From NCBI GenBank assembly GCA_023133515.1, contig JAGLWI010000002.1, forward strand, positions 28,806 to 92,805: DNA of 64,000 nt, written 5' to 3'. Below, in pieces: positions 17,001 through 24,798 of the stretch. Position numbers and translations under genes: made by a program. The notes beneath the pieces are model-generated. The model did not search any database, had not been told where the DNA came from, and saw nothing but the letters and a program-made list of their open reading frames with translations. Origin of the DNA: Candidatus Babeliales bacterium (GTDB taxonomy: Bacteria; Babelota; Babeliae; Babelales; UASB340). The first letter of the stretch is position 1. The number at the start of each line of letters is the position of its first letter.

Positions 17001-18996
17001 CAAAATGAAGATTTCTAAGATACTCATCAGGAATAAGCTTTTCTGTTATATCTTTAATTACAATATTAATATCAGTTTTTTTATCAATACTTGAATATCC
17101 TTGCAAATACCACATTATGGAATTTTTTAATATAGCAAGATGTTTTAAAGGCCCCATTCCAACCATACAAGAATTATCAAAATATTCCGCTTTTCCCTTA
17201 GAAAGTCCAAAAAGTTTATCATCTTTTAAATAAATTCCATGTTCAATCCTCAATTTATTTAAGGAATAAATTAAATTATCTATATCTTCTTGAGTTATTT
17301 TCTTAGATTCTAATTTTTTAAAAATGTTTAATACAGCAAATGAAGAAGTTTTTTCATCACCTTCCTTTGCTATATATTTTGCTTTTGCGATAATATCAGC
17401 AAAAATCAAACCTAATGAATAATCATTATCTTTTTTAAATTTTTTAAAATCAGAAACATAATCTTTGAAAAGATCCATAATTTTATTTACAGTACTTTCT
17501 AAGTCTTCTTTAGGTTTAGGTTTTCCTCCAATCTCTTTTATTAAATTATCCAGGCTACCTGATAATAACAATATGTTTGCTTGTTTCTTTTCATCATCCC
17601 CTTTAAGTTTCTCTGCATATACTTTAATCTTTTTTTTCTTAACTTTCCCTAAATTAATTTTTCTTATCTCATCTGCAATATTAATTCTTAAAGGCTTATA
17701 TTCAACCAATATTTCTTTCTTAGGCTTCCCAAATTCTAGCCATTTGTTAGGAATCTTACTTATGGAAATCTCTTTACCTAAAGAAAACTCATATGGAGCT
17801 ACAACCCATAAACCAAGTTTTTTTATAATTTGAGAAAAAACATTTTGTAAAATTTTCTTATCTTCTTTTTCTAATTCTTTAATTGAACTTGCAGCTAATG
17901 CTGCATCACTTGCAAGCTCAAGATTTTTAATTCCTTGTTGAATTTTTTTAAAATTCTCACTAAATTTTTTATAAAATTCATCATATTTTACATCTAAATT
18001 TTTTAATTCTTTTAAAGTCTCTTCTGCTACTTCATTTTTAGCTTCTATGTCTTGTAAAAAAAGTTTATCTGGATTTATTTGTTCAAGACTTTCTATCTTT
18101 GATATAGTATTTTGTATTTTCTTAATTTCTTTTAATTCAGAAAATACTTTCACTATAAAAATATTCTTCAAAAATTCAACCACAATCTTTTTCTCAGCTT
18201 CTTCAATACTTTTTTCTACAGCTTTTCCAAACTGTGGCATCGCTTCTAATAAAATAACTTTTTGTTTTTTTGCTGTTTTTATCTTTATTTTAAATTCTTC
18301 AATTATCTTTTTAATTCCATTTAAAAAATTTTCATTTTCCTCTAAAATACTTTTTCTCTGTTTATTTTTTATTAATAATTTATTTACTTTTTCCTTTTTC
18401 TCTTCATACTTTGAGACTTCTTCTACTTTTAGAGAACCACCCGCTCGTTCTGCCAAATCTTTCGCTTCTTTTAATATGTCCCTCTCTCTCTTACTTACAC
18501 CACCTTCCTTAACAATTTTTTCCAAAGCAGCTACTAATTTTTCAATCTTAGATTCAACAACAGAAACATCTCCTGGTTTAAAATACTCACCCACTTTAAC
18601 TTTTTTCAGCTCTCCTTCAACATCTGCTTTTAAATTTTCAGCACCTGGAACACCCTCCTGTGCAAGTAATGCTTTAAAAATTCCTTCAAGTTGTTTTTCT
18701 ACTTTTGCAAGAGAAGCCACTTGCGGCCGCGCATATTCAATAAATGCCTTAGCATTTTTAATAGGAAATAAAGGAGATTTTCTAAAATTAGGAATTTTAG
18801 ATAATTCTGCTCTCAGCTTCTTAAATGTTATCTTCCCATTTTTATTAACAATTCCCATAGCAGCTTTATAAATATTCTTTTCTATAGAAACTGTTCTAGT
18901 TCCCAACGTAATTTCAACACTATCAGATCTCAAATTAAAAAAATTAATATTTAGAAAAACAAATAAAAATAATATTACAAATTTCTTCATATTCAT
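14095..18996 (-). CDS. giant secreted protein (1,633 aa) with coiled-coil regions and a formin-FH1-like polyproline module
   Basis: SD AAGGAG sits 6 nt before the ATG, and the signal peptide is MNMKKFVILFLFVFLNINFF. Most of the length is K/E-rich helical sequence. The tract EIPPPPPMGGEKIPAAPPIGEEIGAPPPPPLVFG is encoded at 15355-15438 (aa 1187-1214), leaving 419 aa C-terminal to it. Confidence 0.7.
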   Translation of the reverse strand: MNMKKFVILFLFVFLNINFFNLRSDSVEITLGTRTVSIEKNIYKAAMGIVNKNGKITFKKLRAELSKIPNFRKSPLFPIKNAKAFIEYARPQVASLAKVEKQLEGIFKALLAQEGVPGAENLKADVEGELKKVKVGEYFKPGDVSVVESKIEKLVAALEKIVKEGGVSKRERDILKEAKDLAERAGGSLKVEEVSKYEEKKEKVNKLLIKNKQRKSILEENENFLNGIKKIIEEFKIKIKTAKKQKVILLEAMPQFGKAVEKSIEEAEKKIVVEFLKNIFIVKVFSELKEIKKIQNTISKIESLEQINPDKLFLQDIEAKNEVAEETLKELKNLDVKYDEFYKKFSENFKKIQQGIKNLELASDAALAASSIKELEKEDKKILQNVFSQIIKKLGLWVVAPYEFSLGKEISISKIPNKWLEFGKPKKEILVEYKPLRINIADEIRKINLGKVKKKKIKVYAEKLKGDDEKKQANILLLSGSLDNLIKEIGGKPKPKEDLESTVNKIMDLFKDYVSDFKKFKKDNDYSLGLIFADIIAKAKYIAKEGDEKTSSFAVLNIFKKLESKKITQEDIDNLIYSLNKLRIEHGIYLKDDKLFGLSKGKAEYFDNSCMVGMGPLKHLAILKNSIMWYLQGYSSIDKKTDINIVIKDITEKLIPDEYLRNLHFATVKEVLKKIFDFINKKFVSESEKFAEQIEKQKAEESVKKLDISKFLDITKILSLDGLKEKCEKLKKKLLKIKKHGFKKDVKEFDIKFENVNKVIEFIGDLFTQMEKESKELKKKMEKTEIDDFVKEQMSNISSKEFEIRGYLEKLLAISDKNWKIFVDKIKKPLEKKIRSIYGLLSEKQESFKNRLNLFIENFKNLFSDKKLKKADNWRRSIRAKIRKLLKDYNYKLKKLKSNEKISDEEKEKKKKSIRDNYESIRSKTLKELKYKELKYKEGKFNVMLQDILFEFDDFSKRDQLLKIRQFFRFPELFYKSKFNIIDFYKNLKLSPYEKIFEDELKYFFTILTYFNPYFVMLTYLDFWVKESTDYLKEHKLKNIKSIIPDVGRKIKSIFDEHVKLTSKDKDSRLYKDFEFIGKYENKNYEFYKRNFYDTSWSKDFLARDLDEFFDDHYSGLLIEALHRLFCFSNAQFVYNYVLDDNQKRKWIREKTINIEGKEETIVKPKKPVFLKEKVEPEFELKEGEIPPPPPMGGEKIPAAPPIGEEIGAPPPPPLVFGKVKVAKKRNISELSYNNFLYILNTVKPKDEENEFLKNYDKQSISQYFVERYYETLLNVFAVVIKRDLIDAFSDIISLKRGVTSIKGMFEKTTNWNLTTQRNQACKNFGTLIKNVLWKNMEKAKIKLILDKNNKLQTKITGMGIVDLEKRLDEILDKDILVGTKANELYEGLAINMHRKYGKNFYSFIEKPTEEKVVEAEGPEKEEIKEEKTGLHPFIIAAQKIMKNKENLENLLNKKEEFKKTALDILSQNIFKKSYGKIDDTDKEKLKQLVIDFGKYKLPSGTLDPNWSTLQNAYTLLSKGQEKGEKKDLFDLFLDKFGRYKGSVSVTMQLSAPKGYKKEKLKKEGKELIIAKLIDPGQIKEAIKRDLINPIRKYFKKRIRYFTQYQELEINLIKEYPFADYLKWEPVEEEPVV
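16183..16218 (-). repeat. in-frame tandem 15-bp repeat (2.4 units) inside the giant gene
   Basis: TTCTTTATATTTTAA occurs twice plus a partial third unit. It encodes KELKYKELKYKE. Confidence 0.8.
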
Positions 18997-19010
18997 TTAA
19001 ATCTCCTTTT

Positions 19011-20639
19011 TTAAATTGAAATATTCAGCTTGGTCCAAATATTCCAATAATCTAAAATCTTATTATCACTTCCAATTCCATAAGTTCCACCAATATCTAA
19101 TAAAAATGGCTTATTATTTATTGTTCCATCAAATCCTGTTGATAAATAAAATTTGAAAGATAAAATATTAGAATGTTTTGCCGAACTTAAATCTAATTGA
19201 TCAGCATTAATAATATTTATTCCAGCATCAGCAATATTAGGATTAATAATCATAGGTAAATCAATTTTAGCAGCAGAATATGAACGATTATATGTTTCTG
19301 CACCACCTTCAATCAATGTATCTGGTGAACCTTCATTATAAAAAGCTATTCCAATATTTTCCGAAAAACCATTTTTTAATCTAACTTTTTCTGTAGATCT
19401 ACATTCAATATCAGAACCAATTTCTAAATTAAATTTATTATGCTTAAAATGTAACGCTAAAAGAAAATTAACCAAAGATCTTGGAGTTACATTTAAATCT
19501 TGTGTAAGAAAATTTATCAATCTTTCTGGACGCGTGCGAGGTAGACCAACAGTTGCAGCCATATACCTACTCCAAGGACCGTTTTGTTTAAGATCGAACG
19601 AACGCTTCTCGCTGCTTTCAAAAAGATATTGATAATCAAAACTACTTATAAAATAAGAGTCTCTCGCAAAATGACTAACTAGATTAAATCCAAAATTAAC
19701 ACCAAAGTGTTGGCAATTTCCAACAATTGGCTCAAAAAGATATTCTGCCGTAGGTTTATAACCTGTAGGAATTACAAAACCAGAATAAATATCCCACGTT
19801 GTAACATCTCTAAATTTTTTTGTATAACCAAGTCGCAAATTGATATCTGCAAGTCCAGATAATCTGTGTACTTTATTATCAATACGTCCATATTTCATCA
19901 ATGGATGAACAAAAGCTTGTGTTGCATTTAATGGTTCTTCAAAATACAAATTCCTTGGATCTGGCATTAAACCTTCTGGTCTTTGACCCCCAATATCAAA
20001 CTCTTTAAAATGTATATTCGTACTAACTTCTACAAAAGGAGCAAAAACAGAAGTCCAAAAATTTTTATGTAGAACTTTATGAATATAAAGTGTTGTACCA
20101 ACTCTTTTAAGATATGGTGAAATTTTTATTTTAGAAGTAAAATTATGATCTCCAGGCACATTTAAATCTCCAGACGACGGAATACCCAGCCACTCTGCAA
20201 AGATATCTGGTGCACCCGTATCGTCGGCAGCTTGATATCCTTTTACCGTAAGTTCAGTTTTTCCATTAGGAAAAAAGTATTTTGCAAGATCAGATGATGA
20301 ACTCGATTCCTCGTAAAAAACGGAACTACTTATAAAAAAATTATCATATTTATTAGCAAACTCTTCTTTAAAATCTACACTCTTTTTGAGCGATTTAGGA
20401 GAAAACAATCTTGAAAGAATTCCGCTTTTTACAACTTTATCTTTGTCTTTGATTTTATATGAAAATTTTTTCAACTTCATATCATGTATAAAATAAGATG
20501 ACATTGCATTCTGCATTATCAAATCTTGACCAACATAACTATGTTTAAAAAATGTTTTATTTGTAGTAACACGAGATAAAAGAACTTGTGAAAAAAATAA
20601 GAAAATTAAAAATATATTTTTTTTTGAACCTATTTTCAT
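19011..20639 (-). CDS. putative outer-membrane beta-barrel (porin/MOMP-like) protein
   Basis: 542 aa with signal peptide MKIGSKKNIFLIFLFFSQVLLS. It has many alternating hydrophobic/polar strands with aromatic girdle residues (ADINLRLGYTKKF, FGVNFGFNLVSHF, LSFKFYLSTGF). Its stop is 14 nt upstream of the giant gene. Confidence 0.5.
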   Translation of the reverse strand: MKIGSKKNIFLIFLFFSQVLLSRVTTNKTFFKHSYVGQDLIMQNAMSSYFIHDMKLKKFSYKIKDKDKVVKSGILSRLFSPKSLKKSVDFKEEFANKYDNFFISSSVFYEESSSSSDLAKYFFPNGKTELTVKGYQAADDTGAPDIFAEWLGIPSSGDLNVPGDHNFTSKIKISPYLKRVGTTLYIHKVLHKNFWTSVFAPFVEVSTNIHFKEFDIGGQRPEGLMPDPRNLYFEEPLNATQAFVHPLMKYGRIDNKVHRLSGLADINLRLGYTKKFRDVTTWDIYSGFVIPTGYKPTAEYLFEPIVGNCQHFGVNFGFNLVSHFARDSYFISSFDYQYLFESSEKRSFDLKQNGPWSRYMAATVGLPRTRPERLINFLTQDLNVTPRSLVNFLLALHFKHNKFNLEIGSDIECRSTEKVRLKNGFSENIGIAFYNEGSPDTLIEGGAETYNRSYSAAKIDLPMIINPNIADAGINIINADQLDLSSAKHSNILSFKFYLSTGFDGTINNKPFLLDIGGTYGIGSDNKILDYWNIWTKLNISI

Positions 20640-20947
20640 TACGCTTCTCCTTTAAAATTTTTTTACACTAAATTTCATAGATAAAGTTAACTTAAAATTT
20701 TTTTATTCACAAAATCAACAAAAATATAATACAAAAAAATCAAACTTATTCCACTTAGCATTTTACAAATATTATTTAAAATGCAATACTAAATAACGAA
20801 TAATTACAATTTTGAAATATTGTAATTTTGTGCTAAAAATAGCCTTCTATATGGCTAAAAATACAAATGGAAAGATTTAAGGAGATTTAATAACATAAGT
20901 TTGGCTTCACTGTAATTTTTTTAATTTTTTAAAGAGAGGTTATCGAT

Positions 20948-21913
20948 ATGAAATTTTTAAATAAAACAATGTTATTAGCAATTACTACAACACTTGTTTT
21001 TGCTTCTAGCATGTATCCAATGAAAAACAATCAAAACAATCAAGGTTTTTTTAGTAAATTAAATCCATTCAGCTGGTTTTCTTCAAAAACAAATGAAACA
21101 GATGCTATCAAAAAAGAAAATTTAAATAACACTGGAATAGGAACAATAGAAGATCCAATCATAATTTCAGATGACGAATCAGAAGAAATAACAAGCTCAA
21201 TTCTTGGAAAAAGAAAAAGAAATGAAAGTGATAATGAACAAAACCAAGCAAATCCTTCAAAAAGAATCAAATTAGAAAAACAAAATCAAGTAAAAATTTT
21301 ACAAGAAAAAACAAACGAAGCACTTAAAAAGTTAACAGAAATACAACAAAATATTAGTTTTATTCAAAATGATACAAATCCAAATATAGAACAAGAAATA
21401 ACACAAATCACTCTTAATTCTTTACAAATGATTCTTGAAAATATGACAACATTACAACAAAACTTAAGTAATAGTAAAGAGGAATTATTCAAAAAAATAT
21501 CAACGTTTGAAAAAAACACCAATGATAACTTTTCTGAAACTGAAAAACATTTAACAAATCAAGATAAACAATTGAATGATCAAATAGAAAAAATAAGTAA
21601 ACTACAATTAGAACTTAATAAAGCACTGCATGAAATAAATATAATTAAAAATCACATTACAAAAAATAAAAACTTTATTGCAAGTGCAATCAAAATAGGA
21701 ACCATTACAACGGTTATTGCATGGATAATAAAAATCATAAATAGATGCTCAACCTTAACATGCATATCTAATCCAATACTATTAATTTCTTCCCTAAAAT
21801 GGGGTTTTGCAATAGGTTTAATTACAGCAATTTACACATTAAAAAAAGAATTTTTAGAACTGATTAAAACATATGAAAATCCTTCATCTTATATCCCATT
21901 CTACAAAAATTAA
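20948..21913 (+). CDS. hypothetical secreted N/Q-rich coiled-coil protein with a C-terminal double-TM hairpin
   Basis: 321 aa, SD AAGAGAGG, signal peptide ...LVFASSM. A basic cluster reads GKRKRNESDNEQNQANPSKRIKLEK. A heptad-rich region runs directly into FIASAIKIGTITTVIAWIIKII - loop - ILLISSLKWGFAIGLITAIYTL. Confidence 0.6.
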   Translation: MKFLNKTMLLAITTTLVFASSMYPMKNNQNNQGFFSKLNPFSWFSSKTNETDAIKKENLNNTGIGTIEDPIIISDDESEEITSSILGKRKRNESDNEQNQANPSKRIKLEKQNQVKILQEKTNEALKKLTEIQQNISFIQNDTNPNIEQEITQITLNSLQMILENMTTLQQNLSNSKEELFKKISTFEKNTNDNFSETEKHLTNQDKQLNDQIEKISKLQLELNKALHEINIIKNHITKNKNFIASAIKIGTITTVIAWIIKIINRCSTLTCISNPILLISSLKWGFAIGLITAIYTLKKEFLELIKTYENPSSYIPFYKN

Positions 21914-21921
21914 AAATTAAT

Positions 21922-21960
21922 AAATAAGTCCCTCTTTTTACAAAAAAGAGGGACTTATTT
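21922..21960. terminator. bidirectional Rho-independent terminator
   Basis: Perfect 18-bp stem AAATAAGTCCCTCTTTTT / AAAAAGAGGGACTTATTT with a 3-nt loop, located between convergent genes. Confidence 0.8.
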
Positions 21961-21961
21961 A

Positions 21962-22939
21962 TTATAAAATCTTTTTTTGTTCCCATTCCCAAGCAGTTTG
22001 TAAAATAAAATCAAGATCAGAATATTTAGGTATCCATCCTAAAACTTTTTTTATTTTACTCGAATCCGCAATCAAAATATCAACATCACCAGGCCTTCGA
22101 TCACAAATTTCAATTTTCATTTCTTTGTTACAAATTTTTTGAGCAGCTTGAATCATCTGTTTTACAGAATATCCGGCTTCACTACCCAAATTAAAAAAAT
22201 TCGATTTTCCACCATTATCTAAATATTTAAGAGCTAAAACATGAGCTTGAGCTAAATCTTTTACATGAATATAATCACGAACACAAGTTCCATCCTCAGT
22301 TTTATAATTTGTTCCAAAAATTTTAAAAATTTTATTATTTTTTATTGCTCTCAACATTAACGGAATTATATGTGTTTCAGGATTGTGCTGCTCTCCAAGT
22401 CTTTCTTTTATATTTGCTCCAGCAGCATTAAAATATCTTAATGAAACATATTGCAAATCATAAGCATCAGCATAATCCTTTAAAGCAAACTCTATGCAAA
22501 GTTTATTTTTCCCATAGGGGCTAATAGGATTATATGGATTATCTTCATCTAAAGGAATTTTTACAGGATTTCCATAAACTGCACAACTTGAAGAAAAAAC
22601 TATTTTTTTTACTCCATGGTCAACCATACAATTTAATAATTTTATTGTTTTTATCACATTGTTATTATAAAAATCCCGTGGCCTTTTTACAGATTCCCCA
22701 ACTTCAATCAATGCAGCAAAATGCATAACCGCATCAATCTTATTTTTTGAAAAAATATTTTTTAAAACTTCATTATCTGTAAAATCTGCTTTTATAAATT
22801 CCGCCCAAGAATGATTAAAAGATTGGCCATGAAAAAGATTATCAACAATTATAACTTTATATCCTAATTTATACATTAAATAAGCAGTATTCGAACCTAT
22901 GTATCCAGCACCACCAGGAATTAAAATCGTCTTTTTCAT
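21962..22939 (-). CDS. galE: UDP-glucose 4-epimerase
   Basis: Rossmann motif GGAGYIGS and catalytic SPYGKNK (YxxxK). ATG at 22939 is preceded by GGGGAAAG, giving MKKTILIPGGAGYIGSN. The track start at 22972 adds 11 unlikely residues. Confidence 0.88.
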   Translation of the reverse strand: MKKTILIPGGAGYIGSNTAYLMYKLGYKVIIVDNLFHGQSFNHSWAEFIKADFTDNEVLKNIFSKNKIDAVMHFAALIEVGESVKRPRDFYNNNVIKTIKLLNCMVDHGVKKIVFSSSCAVYGNPVKIPLDEDNPYNPISPYGKNKLCIEFALKDYADAYDLQYVSLRYFNAAGANIKERLGEQHNPETHIIPLMLRAIKNNKIFKIFGTNYKTEDGTCVRDYIHVKDLAQAHVLALKYLDNGGKSNFFNLGSEAGYSVKQMIQAAQKICNKEMKIEICDRRPGDVDILIADSSKIKKVLGWIPKYSDLDFILQTAWEWEQKKIL

Positions 22940-23043
22940 AATCTTTCCCCGAAAAATTGAAAATAATGACATACAAAATTGGCTATAGTATTATAAAAAT
23001 TAAATTAAAGAAAAACATCAATAATTATTTCAAGGATAATGAT

Positions 23044-24303
23044 ATGATAAAAAAGGTCAGGGGAACTCAAGATAAACTTGATCTAAAATTGCAAAATTTT
23101 ATATTAAATCAAATAAAAAAACATCTCGAATGTTATAACTTTTCACAAATTGAAACACCAATTTTAGAGCAAACGAAACTTTTTGTACATACTCTTGGCG
23201 AACAAACAGATGTTGTATGTAAAGAAATGTATACCTTTGATTCATCACCACAAAAAGAAAACAGTATTTGCCTCCGTCCTGAGGCAACTGCATCAACAAT
23301 ACGCGCATACATCGAAAACAAAATCGAAGAAAAACCATGGAAAGTTTTTAGTTACGGTCCAATGTTCAGAAGAGAACGTCCACAAAAAGGACGTTGGAGA
23401 GAATTTTGGCAAATAAACATTGAGGTAATAAATTCTGATTCAATAGCACAAGATGCAAATTTTATAAAAATGTTAGATCGTTTTTTTAGCGAATACTTAA
23501 AACTCGAAGACTATGTTATAAAATTAAATTTTTTAGGATGTCTAAAAGACAGAAATGAACACAGAGAAAAATTGTACGAATTTTTAGAAAAAAGTAAATC
23601 TACAATATGTTCAACTTGTACACAACGCAAAGAAAAAAATATTTTAAGAATCTTTGATTGTAAAGAAGAAAGTTGCAAAAAAATTTATCTAAATGCCCCA
23701 AAATTAATAGATTTTTTATGTAAAGATTGTAAAAACGAGTGGGATCAACTTCAAGAAACATTGCAAATACTTTCTGTAAGCCACATTCATGACCCATTTC
23801 TTGTTCGAGGACTCGATTATTACAATAAAACAGTTTTTGAATTTTGTTCAAAAGAACTTGGAGCACAAGATGCATTTTGCGGTGGAGGTAGATACATTCT
23901 TGGAAAAACAATAGGATCAAAAGAAAATTATCCTTCAGTTGGAACAGGAATTGGCCTTGGAAGGCTTTTACTTTTAGTCCAAAAGATTGAAAAACAACTT
24001 ACAATTCCTCAACCCAAAACTTTACACTTAATTCTTCCTATGTCACAAGATCAACAAAGTTTAGCTTTACTTTTATCAGACGAACTTCAATCAAATGATT
24101 TATGTACAGATGTTCTATTAGAAGGAGCCTCTCTTAAAAATATGATGCGAAAAGCAAATAAAATGGGAACAAAATATGTTTTAATTTTAGGCGAAGATGA
24201 ACAAAAAAATAACACTGTTTCTATAAAAAATATGCAAACTGGCAAAAGTACAATTATAAAACAAAATCAAGTAATAAATTATTTACATAATAAAAAAATT
24301 TAA
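23044..24303 (+). CDS. hisS: histidine--tRNA ligase
   Basis: Class II motifs are present: RPEATAS, FRRERPQKGRWREFWQ, RGLDYYN and GGGRY. The start MIKKVRGTQD at 23044 follows AAGGA. The track start at 22957 overlaps the galE start region. Confidence 0.9.
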   Translation: MIKKVRGTQDKLDLKLQNFILNQIKKHLECYNFSQIETPILEQTKLFVHTLGEQTDVVCKEMYTFDSSPQKENSICLRPEATASTIRAYIENKIEEKPWKVFSYGPMFRRERPQKGRWREFWQINIEVINSDSIAQDANFIKMLDRFFSEYLKLEDYVIKLNFLGCLKDRNEHREKLYEFLEKSKSTICSTCTQRKEKNILRIFDCKEESCKKIYLNAPKLIDFLCKDCKNEWDQLQETLQILSVSHIHDPFLVRGLDYYNKTVFEFCSKELGAQDAFCGGGRYILGKTIGSKENYPSVGTGIGLGRLLLLVQKIEKQLTIPQPKTLHLILPMSQDQQSLALLLSDELQSNDLCTDVLLEGASLKNMMRKANKMGTKYVLILGEDEQKNNTVSIKNMQTGKSTIIKQNQVINYLHNKKI

Positions 24304-24593
24304 GCCTTTTTGTATAACAAAACTCCTTTTTTAAGAATATTTTCTTTCATTTGCTCAGAAGCCGTATTAAAATCAACTATGTCAACATCAAGATTATACA
24401 ATTCTTCTTTAATATCTGCGTAAATATTACCAATAATTCCAACATCACTAATCTTTCCTGCATCTATTGCAATCTCTATTTCATTTTCTTCCCCCTTTTC
24501 CCCCTTATACCTAATTCCAAATAAATAAATTTTACAACCTGGTAAATGATTATGAATTATTGAAACCAATTTATCATTATATTTATCTATCAT
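24300..24593 (-). CDS. small nucleotidyltransferase-fold (MNT/Pol-beta-like) protein with an atypical active-site motif
   Basis: 97 aa. KIYLFGIRYKGEKGEENEIEIAID resembles hhLFGSRARG-x-SDIDLAV, but it has GI in place of GS and ExE in place of DxD. No HEPN-like partner is adjacent. Confidence 0.55.
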   Translation of the reverse strand: MIDKYNDKLVSIIHNHLPGCKIYLFGIRYKGEKGEENEIEIAIDAGKISDVGIIGNIYADIKEELYNLDVDIVDFNTASEQMKENILKKGVLLYKKA

Positions 24594-24798
24594 CCTTAGC
24601 TCCCTTTTTTATCAAAAATAGTTTTCTTCAATTTTTTACTTTACAAAAATAATCTCCATTTTAAACTTTTTATTTAGTAAACTAAGTTATTATTTTAGAG
24701 TTTCTTTTAGAAAAAGAAAACTAAATTTCCACCATCTGAATAAAAGTTTTTAAAAAATTGAGTAATTATTTACTGTTTTCTTATGTTAAGGAGTACGT

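Noticed and set aside
18598-18636. Possible WH2 actin-binding motif (NLKADVEGELKKV) near the N-terminus of the giant protein
   Set aside because: LKKV is present, but the spacing of the upstream hydrophobic and Gly positions does not match the WH2 consensus (LLxxIxxGxxLKKV). LKK-type strings are expected by chance in a K-rich protein.
15281-18871. Plus-strand ORFs inside the giant gene (15281..15571, 16487..17008, 16906..17094, 17465..17833, 18047..18871)
   Set aside because: They are antisense shadows of a K/E-rich coding strand and give F/L/S/I-rich low-complexity peptides. They have no SD and lie entirely within a better-supported 4.9-kb ORF. The GGGGG-rich one is simply the complement of the polyproline tract.
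14095-20639. Classical two-partner secretion (TpsB/TpsA) annotation for the barrel + giant pair
   Set aside because: I could not see POTRA-like repeats in the 542-aa protein. I also saw no TPS-domain NPNL/NPNGI motifs or beta-helix repeats in the giant. The idea is kept only as a non-canonical hypothesis in the findings.
20802-20827. 9-bp inverted repeat AATTACAAT-N8-ATTGTAATT upstream of the 20948 gene
   Set aside because: The palindrome is short and entirely A/T-dominated. Matches of this size are expected by chance many times in 64 kb of this composition.
23099-23920. Several 60-106-aa ORFs on both strands within hisS (and similar ones within hppA, bamA, polA, mscK, tlc, atpD, rho and tsaD)
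   Set aside because: All are nested in strongly conserved housekeeping CDSs in alternative frames. No independent support exists for any of them.
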